A stretch of 64,000 nt of DNA, taken from NCBI GenBank assembly GCA_046331155.1, contig JAXLRK010000001.1, positions 346,301-410,300 on the forward strand. The letters run 5' to 3'. Position 1 is the first letter of the stretch; the number at the start of each line of letters is the position of its first letter. A program made the translations under genes and the position numbers. The notes under the pieces are model-generated. The model saw only the letters and a program-made list of their open reading frames with translations, had not been told where the DNA came from and did not search any database. This document shows positions 8,792-17,429 of this stretch, in pieces. Origin of the DNA: Acidimicrobiia bacterium (GTDB lineage Bacteria; Actinomycetota; Acidimicrobiia; IMCC26256; CAWATG01).

Positions 8792-9502
8792 TCACCTGCC
8801 GAGCGTGTCGGTGTACACGTCCGGCCGTGGATCCCGCTGTGCTTCGGCGTTGCGTTTGAGGTCGGCGAACTGCCGGACCTGCATGATCCAGTGAACCGGC
8901 GGATAGAACCAGTAGTCGAGAAGGCGTTCGAGCCAGCGCGGCCGGATGGTCTGGTAGCCGCCGACCACGAGACGCGTCCGCCCCGGTTCTCCCTCTTCTT
9001 CGAGGAGGAAGCCCCAGAGCCCTTCGACGTACGCGGGCGGTCGTGGACGAGCCGGGTCGAGCACACGTCCACGAAGGTCCGTGAGACCGCGCAGCCCCAG
9101 GAAGCGCCCGGGCTCGAGTGCTGCCACCTGCCAGGCGTCCACCGGGCCACCCGGCGACCAGGCCGGGAGCACGTCGCCGACCGAGAGTTGCTGCCACTCG
9201 GGGTGGAGCTCCCGGGCACTGGGCCGGCCGCCGTTGTCGAGACGATCCCAGGAGTACCAGCCCGCCCGGCCCCAGCCCATCTGCACGAGCCACGGCCACA
9301 CCGCCGCGGACGGCGCGTCGATCGTGACGGCCATGGTCGAGACCCGTTGCCCTTCGGGGACGAGATCGGCTCCCGGGTAGGGTCGAGCCACCTCCTCGTC
9401 GGTGGCGCCCCACCGGACGAGCCGCGGGCGCAGCATGAGGACGTAGACCGCTGCAACGAGGCCTACGAGTCCGGCAAGCTTGCGACCCGGCACCATCCTC
9501 AC
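8792..9502 (-). CDS. SRPBCC-family protein (polyketide cyclase/dehydrase-like) with an N-terminal TM segment
   Basis: 236 aa; hydrophobic N-terminus followed by a Trp-rich START/Bet v1-like region. Confidence 0.65.
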   Translation of the reverse strand: MRMVPGRKLAGLVGLVAAVYVLMLRPRLVRWGATDEEVARPYPGADLVPEGQRVSTMAVTIDAPSAAVWPWLVQMGWGRAGWYSWDRLDNGGRPSARELHPEWQQLSVGDVLPAWSPGGPVDAWQVAALEPGRFLGLRGLTDLRGRVLDPARPRPPAYVEGLWGFLLEEEGEPGRTRLVVGGYQTIRPRWLERLLDYWFYPPVHWIMQVRQFADLKRNAEAQRDPRPDVYTDTLGR

Positions 9503-9589
9503 AGCGTGGCGCGATCACGGGGGTGGCGCCAGCGGCCGACGTCCTTTCCAAACGCACAGGAGGCCCTCGATCGACCAGTCCCGGCAACC

Positions 9590-10084
9590 ATGACCGATCA
9601 CGAGCTATTCGACCGGCTCATGCGGCGCGCTCTCGACGAAGCGCTCGCCGCGCTCGCCCACGACGACGTGCCGATCGGCGCGGTCGTCGCCAGCTTGGCA
9701 ACCGGTGAGGTGCTGGCGGCGCGCCACAACGAACGCGAGCTCGCGCGGGACCCGACGGCCCACGCCGAGATTCTCGCCCTGCGCGACGCGGCCGAAGCGC
9801 TCGGTCGGTGGCGCCTCGACGGCTGTGCGCTCGTCGTGACCCTCGAACCATGCCCGATGTGTGCCGGAGCCGCGCTCGCAGCCCGCGTCGACGCCGTCGC
9901 GTTCGGGGCCACGGACCCGAAGGCCGGGGCCTGCGGCACCCTCTACAACCTGGCCGCCGACCCGCGACTGAACCACGAGATGCGCGTCGTCGACGGCGTA
10001 CGCGCCGAGGCGTGCGGTGCGCTGCTCGGCGAGTTCTTCACCGCCCGCCGCAACGAGGGCCGAAGCGGGGGGCGCGGCACCTAG
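9590..10084 (+). CDS. tadA: tRNA adenosine(34) deaminase
   Basis: HAEILALR...PCPMCAGA zinc-binding CDA motifs. 164 aa, immediately upstream of a tRNA-Ser. Confidence 0.9.
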   Translation: MTDHELFDRLMRRALDEALAALAHDDVPIGAVVASLATGEVLAARHNERELARDPTAHAEILALRDAAEALGRWRLDGCALVVTLEPCPMCAGAALAARVDAVAFGATDPKAGACGTLYNLAADPRLNHEMRVVDGVRAEACGALLGEFFTARRNEGRSGGRGT

Positions 10085-10117
10085 AATGCCCGCCCGGAGC
10101 GCTACGGCGCTCCGCCA

Positions 10118-10202
10118 GGAGGGGTGCGAGAGCGGCCGAATCGGATGGTCTCGAAAACCATTGTGGCGCAAGCCACCCTGGGTTCAAATCCCAGTCCCTC
10201 CG
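10118..10202 (+). tRNA. tRNA-Ser (anticodon CGA), no encoded CCA
   Basis: GGAGGGGTGCGAGAGCGGCCGAATCGGATGGTCTCGAAAACCATT...GGGTTCAAATCCCAGTCCCTCCG. Confidence 0.9.
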
Positions 10203-10270
10203 CTGATCGGGGCGTCCTGCCGTGGGCGCCCCGATGCGCGCCGGGGTGTGCACCGCGGCGGTGCCGACCG

Positions 10271-11122
10271 TCAGGCCAACCCGAGGCTCGTGTAGATCTC
10301 GCGGGTCGCCGTCGAACGGTTCAGCGTGTAGAAGTGCAGGCCCGGCGCGCCGCCGTCGAGCAGCTCGCGGCACAGCTCGGTCGCCTCGGCGACGCCGATG
10401 CTCCGCACGGCCTCCGCGTCGTCGCCGCCCTCGCGGAGGCGATCCTCGAGCCAGCCCGGGAACGCGGCGCCGGAGAGCTGCGCCATGCGCTGCATCTGCG
10501 CCAGGTTCGTCACCGGCATGATCCCAGGAAGTACCGGCTTGTTAATCCCGAGGGCACGAAGCTGCTCCACGAGCGCGAAGTAGTGCCGCGCCTCGAAGAA
10601 GAACTGGGTCACGCCGAAGTCGGCGGACCCGAGCTTCCCGGCGGTGTGGCGACGGTCGCTTTCCAAGTCGGGCGAGCTCGGATGGCCCTCGGGATGCGCG
10701 GCGACGCCGACCGAGAAGGAACCGATCCCGTGGATCAGCTCGACGAGCTCCGCCGCGAACGTGAGCTCTCCGGGCGGCAGGTCGAGACCGGCGGGCGGGT
10801 CGCCCCCCAGCGCGAGGATGTTCTCGATGCCCTCGTCGCGGTAGCGCGTCACGATGTCGACGAGCTCCGCGCGCGTGTGGGCTGCACAGGTGAGGTGCGC
10901 CATGGGCGTCATCGACGTCTCACGCAGGATCCGGACCACCAGGTCGTGGGTGCGCTCGCGCGTCGATCCACCGGCGCCGTAGGTCACGGACACGAAGGAC
11001 GGGGCGAGCGGCTCGAGCTCCCGAAGTGCCTGGGCGAGCTGTTCTTCCGCGGCGGGGCTCTTGGGCGGAAAGAACTCGAACGAGAAGCAACGGCCGCGTT
11101 CGAGGATGCGAGCGATCTTCAT
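10271..11122 (-). CDS. metF: methylenetetrahydrofolate reductase
   Basis: MKIARILERGRCFSFEFFPPK...SVTYGAGGSTR... canonical MetF. Confidence 0.9.
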   Translation of the reverse strand: MKIARILERGRCFSFEFFPPKSPAAEEQLAQALRELEPLAPSFVSVTYGAGGSTRERTHDLVVRILRETSMTPMAHLTCAAHTRAELVDIVTRYRDEGIENILALGGDPPAGLDLPPGELTFAAELVELIHGIGSFSVGVAAHPEGHPSSPDLESDRRHTAGKLGSADFGVTQFFFEARHYFALVEQLRALGINKPVLPGIMPVTNLAQMQRMAQLSGAAFPGWLEDRLREGGDDAEAVRSIGVAEATELCRELLDGGAPGLHFYTLNRSTATREIYTSLGLA

Positions 11123-11146
11123 GGGACTGCCCATCGTACGCGAGGG

Positions 11147-13396
11147 TCACCCCGCGGCCCGCATGCCGCGGAAGCGCCGCAGTCGCAGGGAGTTCGAGAC
11201 CACGAAGACGCTCGAGAAGCCCATGGCTCCAGCAGCGATCACCGGGTTGAGGACGCCGGCGGCGGCGAGCGGAAGCGCGGCGACGTTGTAGGCGAAGGCC
11301 CAGAACAGGTTGCCCTTGATGGTCGCCAGCGTGCGGCGCGCGAGGGCCATGGCGTCGGCAGCAGCACGCAGGTCGGGGGACACCAGGGTCAGGTCGCTGG
11401 CCTCGATCGCCACGTCGGTGCCGGTCCCGATGGCGATCCCGAGATCGGCCTGGGCCAACGCCGGGGCGTCGTTGATCCCGTCGCCCACGACCGCCACGCG
11501 CCGCCCTTCGGCCTGGAGCTCCCGCACCACGTCGACCTTCGTCTCCGGCAACGCCTCCGCGACCATCCGGTCGACGCCGACCGCCTGCGCCACCCGGCGG
11601 GCCGCGCCCGCCCGGTCGCCGGTCACCATCACCACGCGTACGCCGAGGTCGTGGAACGCGTCGATGGCGGCCGACGACGTGGCACGGATGCTGTCCGCGA
11701 CGAACACCACGCCCCAGAGTTCGCCGTTGCACCCGCCGAACACGATCGTGAGACCTTCCTCGTCCGCGCGCTTCGTCGCGGCCTCGACCAGAGAGCTCTC
11801 ACGCGCGCTCGCTGCGACCACGAACTCGGCGCGACCGACGCGGACCTCGACGCCATCGACGAGGGCGCTCGCACCCGCGCCCGGTGTGTTGACGAACGCC
11901 GACGGGGAGCCCGGCGCAACGCCGAGCGCACGCGCCCCCTCGACGACTGCACGGGCGATCGGGTGCTCGGACGCGGATTCGACCGTGGCGATCCGGTACA
12001 GGAACTCGGCCGCGTCCACGCCCTCCTCGACGGCGACGTCGACCATCCGCATCACGCCCTCGGTTATGGTGCCCGTCTTGTCGACCACCGCCGCGTCGAT
12101 CGCGCGCGATGCCTCGAGCACCTCACCGCCCTTGATCAGGATGCCGAGCTGCGCACCCCGGCCGGTTCCGACCATGATGGCGGTGGGAGTCGCGAGGCCC
12201 AGCGCGCACGGGCAGGCGATGATCAGGACGGCCACCGCGGCCGTGAACGCCGCCTCGGCCGAATGGCCGGTGAGCACCCAGCCGGCGAGGGTGAGAACCG
12301 CGAGACCGATCACGGCGGGTACGAACACCGACGAGATGCGATCGGCGAGGCGTTGTACGGGGGCCTTCGATCCCTGGGCCTGCTCGACGAGCCGGACGAT
12401 CTGGGCGAGTGCGGTGTCGGTCCCGACGCGCGTCGCTTCGACGACGAGGTGACCCGACGTGTTGACCGTGGCGCCGAACACCTCGTCGTCCGGCCCGACG
12501 TCGACCGGGACCGGCTCCCCGGTGAGCATCGACGCGTCGACCGCCGATACACCCCTCACCACGCGGCCGTCGGTCGCGACGCGCTCACCCGGCCGCACCT
12601 CGAACCGGTCCCCGATCTCGAGGCTCGCAATCGGGATCTCGTCGCCGTTCTCGAGCCGGGCCGTCTTCGCGCCGAGCGCCAGCAGCGAGCGCAGCGCGCT
12701 GCCGGACCGCCGGCGGGCACGCGCCTCGAAGTACTTGCCGAGCAGCAGCAACGTGACGATCGCTCCGGCCGTCTCGAAGTAGACGTGCGCCCGGTCCGAC
12801 GCCGTCATCGACATCGACATCCCTGCGTCCGCGGCGCCGAGGAACACCAGTGCGACCGTCGACCAGGCCCAGGCGGCCACCGTCCCGAGCGACACGAGCG
12901 TGTCCATCGTGACGGATCCGTGACGCAGGTTCCGGATGGTCGCGGCATGGAACGGCCACCCGCACCAGAACACGACCGGCGTGGCCAGCGCGCCCGCCAC
13001 CCACTGCCAACCGTCGAACTGGAGAGGACCGATCATCGAGATCGCGACCAGTGGGACGGTCAGCGCGGCCGCGACGAGCAGTCGGCGAAGCACCGCGCGC
13101 TCCTCCGCGTCGGAACCCCCCTCCTCGCCGGTCGCCGGTTCGACGACGTGGTAGCCGAGATCGTCGACCTTCTCGCGAAACCGGTCGACGCCCGTCCTGC
13201 GGGGGTCGTACACGACGGTCGCCGTGCTCGTCGCGAAGTTCACGGTGGCCGCGTTCACGCCGTCCAGCCCGCCGAGCCCGCGTTCGATGCGGCTCGCGCA
13301 GGACGCGCACGTCATCCCTTCGATCGGGAGATCGACCCGATCGGCTGCGTCTTCGGCTGCGTCTTCGGCTGCGGTCTCCGCCGCGGGCTCGGTCAC
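11147..13396 (-). CDS. copA: copper-translocating P1B-type ATPase
   Basis: N-terminal HMA motif GMTCASCASRIE, a CPC membrane motif, DKTGT phosphorylation site and GDGINDAPAL. 749 aa. Confidence 0.88.
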   Translation of the reverse strand: MTEPAAETAAEDAAEDAADRVDLPIEGMTCASCASRIERGLGGLDGVNAATVNFATSTATVVYDPRRTGVDRFREKVDDLGYHVVEPATGEEGGSDAEERAVLRRLLVAAALTVPLVAISMIGPLQFDGWQWVAGALATPVVFWCGWPFHAATIRNLRHGSVTMDTLVSLGTVAAWAWSTVALVFLGAADAGMSMSMTASDRAHVYFETAGAIVTLLLLGKYFEARARRRSGSALRSLLALGAKTARLENGDEIPIASLEIGDRFEVRPGERVATDGRVVRGVSAVDASMLTGEPVPVDVGPDDEVFGATVNTSGHLVVEATRVGTDTALAQIVRLVEQAQGSKAPVQRLADRISSVFVPAVIGLAVLTLAGWVLTGHSAEAAFTAAVAVLIIACPCALGLATPTAIMVGTGRGAQLGILIKGGEVLEASRAIDAAVVDKTGTITEGVMRMVDVAVEEGVDAAEFLYRIATVESASEHPIARAVVEGARALGVAPGSPSAFVNTPGAGASALVDGVEVRVGRAEFVVAASARESSLVEAATKRADEEGLTIVFGGCNGELWGVVFVADSIRATSSAAIDAFHDLGVRVVMVTGDRAGAARRVAQAVGVDRMVAEALPETKVDVVRELQAEGRRVAVVGDGINDAPALAQADLGIAIGTGTDVAIEASDLTLVSPDLRAAADAMALARRTLATIKGNLFWAFAYNVAALPLAAAGVLNPVIAAGAMGFSSVFVVSNSLRLRRFRGMRAAG

Positions 13397-13446
13397 CGGT
13401 CCTCCCGGGTCGGACGCCGGACGTTGACGGGCTCCAACCCGGGCTG

Positions 13447-13467
13447 TAGGATACCCCCGTATCCTAT
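13447..13467. promoter_or_regulatory. candidate CsoR operator: palindrome TAGGATAC-ccccc-GTATCCTA in the copA / csoR divergent intergenic region
   Basis: A perfect 8-bp inverted repeat around a C5 spacer seen directly. It lies 21 nt upstream of csoR, between the divergent copA and csoR starts. Confidence 0.45.
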
Positions 13468-13487
13468 ATCCGTCAACGGGGGTCCCG

Positions 13488-13769
13488 GTGCGCGGCTACA
13501 CCCTGCACAAGGACGACTACGCACGGCGCCTGCGCCGGATCGAGGGGCAGGTCCGGGGGCTCCAGCGCCTGATCGACGAGGACACGTACTGCATCGACGT
13601 GCTCACCCAGATCGTCTCGGTCACGAAGGCCCTCCAAGGGGTCGGGCTGGGCCTGCTCGACGAGCACCTCCGGCACTGCGTGCGCGAGGCCGCCGAATCG
13701 AGCCGGAGCGCGGGCGACGCCAAGATCGACGAAGCCGTGCAGGCCGTGGAGCGCCTGCTGCGCGTCTGA
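13488..13769 (+). CDS. csoR: copper-sensing transcriptional repressor CsoR
   Basis: 93 aa, RLRRIEGQVRGLQRMIEED.YCIDVLTQI... CsoR/RcnR family with Cys-His-Cys ligands. Confidence 0.85.
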   Translation: MRGYTLHKDDYARRLRRIEGQVRGLQRLIDEDTYCIDVLTQIVSVTKALQGVGLGLLDEHLRHCVREAAESSRSAGDAKIDEAVQAVERLLRV

Positions 13770-13804
13770 GGACCCGACAGCCCCCACCCGAGGAGGAGCC
13801 GGCC

Positions 13805-14008
13805 ATGACCGCGACCACCGTGTACTCCGTCCCCGGCGTGTCCTGCGAGCACTGCCGGCACGCCATCGAGACGTCCGTGGGCGTGGTCCCCGGAGTCGAA
13901 CACGTCACCGTCGACCTCGACGCCAAGACCGTGACGATCGCGGGGTCAGCGCCCGACGACGCGATGCGCGCCGCGATCGACGATGCCGGCTACGACGTGG
14001 CGGACTGA
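13805..14008 (+). CDS. copZ: copper chaperone CopZ (heavy-metal-associated domain)
   Basis: MTATTVYSVPGVSCEHCRHAIETSV... 67 aa with a CxxC HMA fold. Confidence 0.85.
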   Translation: MTATTVYSVPGVSCEHCRHAIETSVGVVPGVEHVTVDLDAKTVTIAGSAPDDAMRAAIDDAGYDVAD

Positions 14009-14016
14009 CGGGTCGT

Positions 14017-14107
14017 CAGCACGACGACTCAGCACGACGACTCAGCACGACGACTCAGCACGACGACTCGGCACGACGACTCGGCACGACGACTCAGTAC
14101 GACGACA
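14017..14107 (+). repeat. tandem repeat, about 7 copies of a 13-bp unit (cagcacgacgact), filling the convergent intergenic space between copZ and the DUF4190 gene
   Basis: Five exact copies plus variants (cggcacgacgact, cagtacgacgaca) counted directly. The period is not a multiple of 3; the last copy overlaps the final 4 codons of the minus-strand gene. Confidence 0.85.
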
Positions 14108-14540
14108 CCGAGCCACCGCCCGAGATCGACCCGCCGGTCAGGAGGATCAGGAGCACCAGCGCCGCGGCCGCGACCATCAGGCCGACGAACACCCACCCGA
14201 GGATCGCGCCGGCTCGCGCCATCCCCGACCCGCCGAGGCGCCCCTGCGACGCGTCGATCGTCCCGAGCGCCTGGTGACCGAGCACGATCGCCAGCACGCT
14301 GGTCACCGGACCCACGCAGAAGACCGCGAACGACACGATGCCGAGCACCAGCGCAGCCACCGCCGTGCCCGGCTTGGCGGGGACCGGTTGCACCCACGCG
14401 CCGGGCGGCGGCCCCCATCCCGCCGGCGGCGCCCATCCCGTCGGCGGCGCCCATCCGGTGGCTCCGGACGCGGGCGGCCCACCCGGCGGGCTGCCCGGCG
14501 GTACGGACCACGGTGGACCGGTCGGTGGGGGCTGCGACAT
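14094..14540 (-). CDS. DUF4190-domain membrane protein with a Pro/Gly/Trp-rich N-terminus
   Basis: Internal Met MSQPPPTGPPWSVPPG... then two TM helices (LVLGIVSFAVFCVGPVTSVLAIVLGHQAL); 148 aa. Confidence 0.65.
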   Translation of the reverse strand: MSQPPPTGPPWSVPPGSPPGGPPASGATGWAPPTGWAPPAGWGPPPGAWVQPVPAKPGTAVAALVLGIVSFAVFCVGPVTSVLAIVLGHQALGTIDASQGRLGGSGMARAGAILGWVFVGLMVAAAALVLLILLTGGSISGGGSVSSY

Positions 14541-14666
14541 CGGGGGAACACTACGACGGCGCGGCCCACCGACGGCGTCCGAGGACGAGGAGGGACTCCA
14601 CACCCGCCCTCGCCGCGCGCCAGGCCGGCGTGCGAGACTCGCGGGGTCCGGACGCCGAGGAGAGCC

Positions 14667-15782
14667 ATGCCGCCCGAGAAGCTCCACTGGAAGCACCTCT
14701 ACGAGGAGGTCGTCACCAGCGGCCTGTGCACGGGATGCGCCGGTTGCGTGGTCGCGTGCCCACACGACGTACTGCGTTACGACGACACCGACGGCCGGTA
14801 CAAGCCCTACCAGATCGAGGACTACGGGGGCCCCGGCGATTGCAGCCACGGCGAGAAGGGCTGCACCGCCTGCACCCGGTCCTGCCCGCGGTTCCGCGCC
14901 TGGGAGCCCGAGGTCGACGAGTTCCTGTTCGGCCGGACCCGGCGCCCCGACGAGGTCGCCGGGATCACCAAGGACATCGTGCTCGCCCGGGCCGCCGATC
15001 CCGAGCTGCATACCGTGGGCCAGGACGGCGGGCTCGTCTCCGCGATCCTCGTCTACGCGCTCGAACACGACGTCATCGACGCCGCGCTCGTGTCGTACCT
15101 CGAGGGCGACGGGAGCACGTGGAAGGCCGTACCGGGAATCGCGCGCACGCGCGCCGACGTGATCGCGTCCGCGGGAAGCCGCTACACGTACTCCGCGAAC
15201 CCGCTCGCCTTCCTGGACCTCGACAAGGAAGCCGAGCGGGTGGCGCTGGTCGGCATGAGCTGCCAGTCGTCGGTACCGCCGGTGATGAAGCAGCGCCGGG
15301 TGGGCAAGATCGCACGGAAGCTGTCGCTCACCATCGGCCTCCTGTGCTCCAAGACGTTCGACGACGCCATCTTCGAAGAGCTCCTCGAGGCCAGGTACGA
15401 CCTGCCCCGAGCGGTCATCAAGAAGATGAACATCAAGGGTCGGCTCCAGATCTGGACCCACGACGACCGTTACGTCGAGGTGCCCCTGAAGGAGTGTCAC
15501 CCGTTCACGCGTGAGGGCTGCAAGATGTGCCCCGACTTCGCGGCCGAGCACGCCGACATCTCCACGGGCGGCATCGGCGCGTTCGACGACTGGACCCTCA
15601 CCGTCGTCCGCACCGACATCGGGCGCGAACTCATCGAGAAGATGGCGGCCGACGGGTGGATCGAGACCCGCCCGGGCGACGACGACCCGGGTGCGATAGA
15701 GCTCATGAGGAAGCTGGCCGCCAAGAGCCGGGCCCGCTGGCCCGAGTTCGCGGTCGAGGCGCCGCGTCTCGTCGGCCCGTGA
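14667..15782 (+). CDS. coenzyme F420 hydrogenase/dehydrogenase beta-subunit family protein (FrhB/FdhB-like)
   Basis: N-terminal CTGCAGCVVACP Fe-S motif and C-terminal GCKMCPDFAAEHADIS motif; 371 aa. Confidence 0.75.
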   Translation: MPPEKLHWKHLYEEVVTSGLCTGCAGCVVACPHDVLRYDDTDGRYKPYQIEDYGGPGDCSHGEKGCTACTRSCPRFRAWEPEVDEFLFGRTRRPDEVAGITKDIVLARAADPELHTVGQDGGLVSAILVYALEHDVIDAALVSYLEGDGSTWKAVPGIARTRADVIASAGSRYTYSANPLAFLDLDKEAERVALVGMSCQSSVPPVMKQRRVGKIARKLSLTIGLLCSKTFDDAIFEELLEARYDLPRAVIKKMNIKGRLQIWTHDDRYVEVPLKECHPFTREGCKMCPDFAAEHADISTGGIGAFDDWTLTVVRTDIGRELIEKMAADGWIETRPGDDDPGAIELMRKLAAKSRARWPEFAVEAPRLVGP

Positions 15783-16117
15783 GCAAGAGCCCCGGCGCGG
15801 CGCCACGCATCGTCGCGCTCGTCGGCGACCTCATGGACCGATCGCGGATCGCGGCCGCGGTGGGCGACGTCCGGTTCGTCGCGAGCGTGGACGAGATCGG
15901 CCCGGCCGACGGCGTGGTCGTCGACCTGGGCCGGTTCGGCGCCGCGGTCACGGAGATCCGGGGCCGCTTCCCGCACGCCCGGATCGTGGCCTTCGGGTCA
16001 CACGTAGATCGGACGGCGATCGCGGCCGCCGCAGATGCCGGGGCCGACCTCGTGCTCGCCCGTTCACGATTCTTCGCCGACCCGGCGGCCGCCATCGACG
16101 ACGCTGCGGACGCGTAG
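15779..16117 (+). CDS. hypothetical small protein (receiver-like alpha/beta pattern), GTGA-coupled to the FrhB-like gene
   Basis: GTG start overlaps the upstream stop. IVALVGDLMDRSRI...VVVDL... 112 aa. Confidence 0.4.
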   Translation: MSKSPGAAPRIVALVGDLMDRSRIAAAVGDVRFVASVDEIGPADGVVVDLGRFGAAVTEIRGRFPHARIVAFGSHVDRTAIAAAADAGADLVLARSRFFADPAAAIDDAADA

Positions 16118-16139
16118 GGCTCACAACCCGAGCGGGTTC

Positions 16140-16892
16140 TCAGACCATCGGCCAGGGGTAGGAGTGGTACCCGGGATCGACGGCCGGGAGCCGTCCGTCG
16201 CGCACGAGCTCGGCCGCTCGCGCCCTGAGCGCTTGCAGCTCGAACGGCGTGAGCAGCGAATCGAGCCGGCGCGCGATGCCGGAGTCGAAGTCGGTGAGCA
16301 TCCGGCAGACGCCGTCGAGCAACTCCGGGGCCACTCGCTCGCCACCGAAGTCCCAGATGACCGTGCGAAGCTTCCATTGCGCGTGGAACGTCAGGCCGTG
16401 GTCGATGCCGTGCAGCGTGCCGCGGCGGAGACTGCGCAGGACGTGCCCGCCCTTGCGATCTGCGTTGTTGACGAGCACGTCGAACGCCGCGAACGGTCTC
16501 AGCGCGTCGACGTGCCGTTCGAGAAGCACGAAGTAGTGCTCGTCGGGGTCGTGCTCGACGAAGCGCTGCACCATGCCGATCCCGAGCGGGCCGTCGCGCA
16601 GCACCGTTTCCGGCACGAGGTTCCAGTCGAGTGCGGCCGACAACTCGTACGTGGCGACCTCCCGCTCGCACAGCGTGCCGTCGGGGAAGTCCCACAGCGG
16701 GCGCTCGCCCCGGCGCGGCTTGTAGATCGCCGGCATCTCGACCCCGTTCGCACGCACGACCACGAGCAGCGTTGCGTTCGACGACCACGCCAGCCGGCCG
16801 AGCACCTCGATCTCCCCCGCCCGCAGCACGTCGACGGCCGACGCCCCGTCGAGGTCCGGCTCCGGCGGGATCGCGATGCCTGCGGCGTCCAT
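16140..16892 (-). CDS. SCO1664-family protein (TIGR03843-like)
   Basis: 250 aa; conserved actinobacterial family normally found with DUF3090 and a phosphomutase homolog, both present upstream. Confidence 0.75.
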   Translation of the reverse strand: MDAAGIAIPPEPDLDGASAVDVLRAGEIEVLGRLAWSSNATLLVVVRANGVEMPAIYKPRRGERPLWDFPDGTLCEREVATYELSAALDWNLVPETVLRDGPLGIGMVQRFVEHDPDEHYFVLLERHVDALRPFAAFDVLVNNADRKGGHVLRSLRRGTLHGIDHGLTFHAQWKLRTVIWDFGGERVAPELLDGVCRMLTDFDSGIARRLDSLLTPFELQALRARAAELVRDGRLPAVDPGYHSYPWPMV

Positions 16893-16898
16893 CGCCGG

Positions 16899-17429
16899 TC
16901 AGTTCCAGCGCGGGCAGATGTGGCCGGCCGGGTCCATCGGGAACTCGCACAGCGGGCACAGGGGCCGCCCGGCGGCGACGGCCTCGAGCGCTCGGACCGC
17001 CATCGCCCGGACCTGCGCCCGCGTGGCGTGGCACCGCACGAGCGCACCTTCGCCATCCGCCGGTTCGCCTTCGTCGGGTTCCTCGACCGGCGGGCGCTCA
17101 CGCAGCTCCAGCAGCACGAGGTCGCGCTGCGGGTCGAAGCCGAGCCCGATGAGCTGGGCCCGGAACATCGGGTCGCCCGGTTCGTCGAGCTCGGCGTCCA
17201 CCCCCGTGCTCGCAGCGCCGAGCCCTTCGGGTTCGGGATACTCCTCGGCGACCCGGTCCAGGAAGGCGTCGGCCTCCGACGCCAGCATCGCCACCTGATC
17301 CTTCTCCACCAGCACGACGACCTCCGTGGCCCCCCGGCGCGCCTGGATCAGGAAGGTGCGCTGCCCCGGCACCCCGAGGGCGCCGGCGGCGAGGTGGTCG
17401 ACCGGATCGAGCTCGATGAAGTCACCCAT
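16899..17429 (-). CDS. DUF3090-domain protein (TIGR03847-like)
   Basis: [33 protein letters not shown]... C-terminal CPLCEFPMDPAGHICPRWN; 176 aa. Confidence 0.8.
   Translation of the reverse strand: MGDFIELDPVDHLAAGALGVPGQRTFLIQARRGATEVVVLVEKDQVAMLASEADAFLDRVAEEYPEPEGLGAASTGVDAELDEPGDPMFRAQLIGLGFDPQRDLVLLELRERPPVEEPDEGEPADGEGALVRCHATRAQVRAMAVRALEAVAAGRPLCPLCEFPMDPAGHICPRWN

Noticed and set aside
10124-14008. 1294-aa plus-strand ORF spanning metF, copA and csoR antisense
   Set aside because: Arg/Gly/Pro-rich low-complexity translation that runs antisense to three unambiguous genes; a typical high-GC artifact. Only its last 67 codons (copZ) are real.
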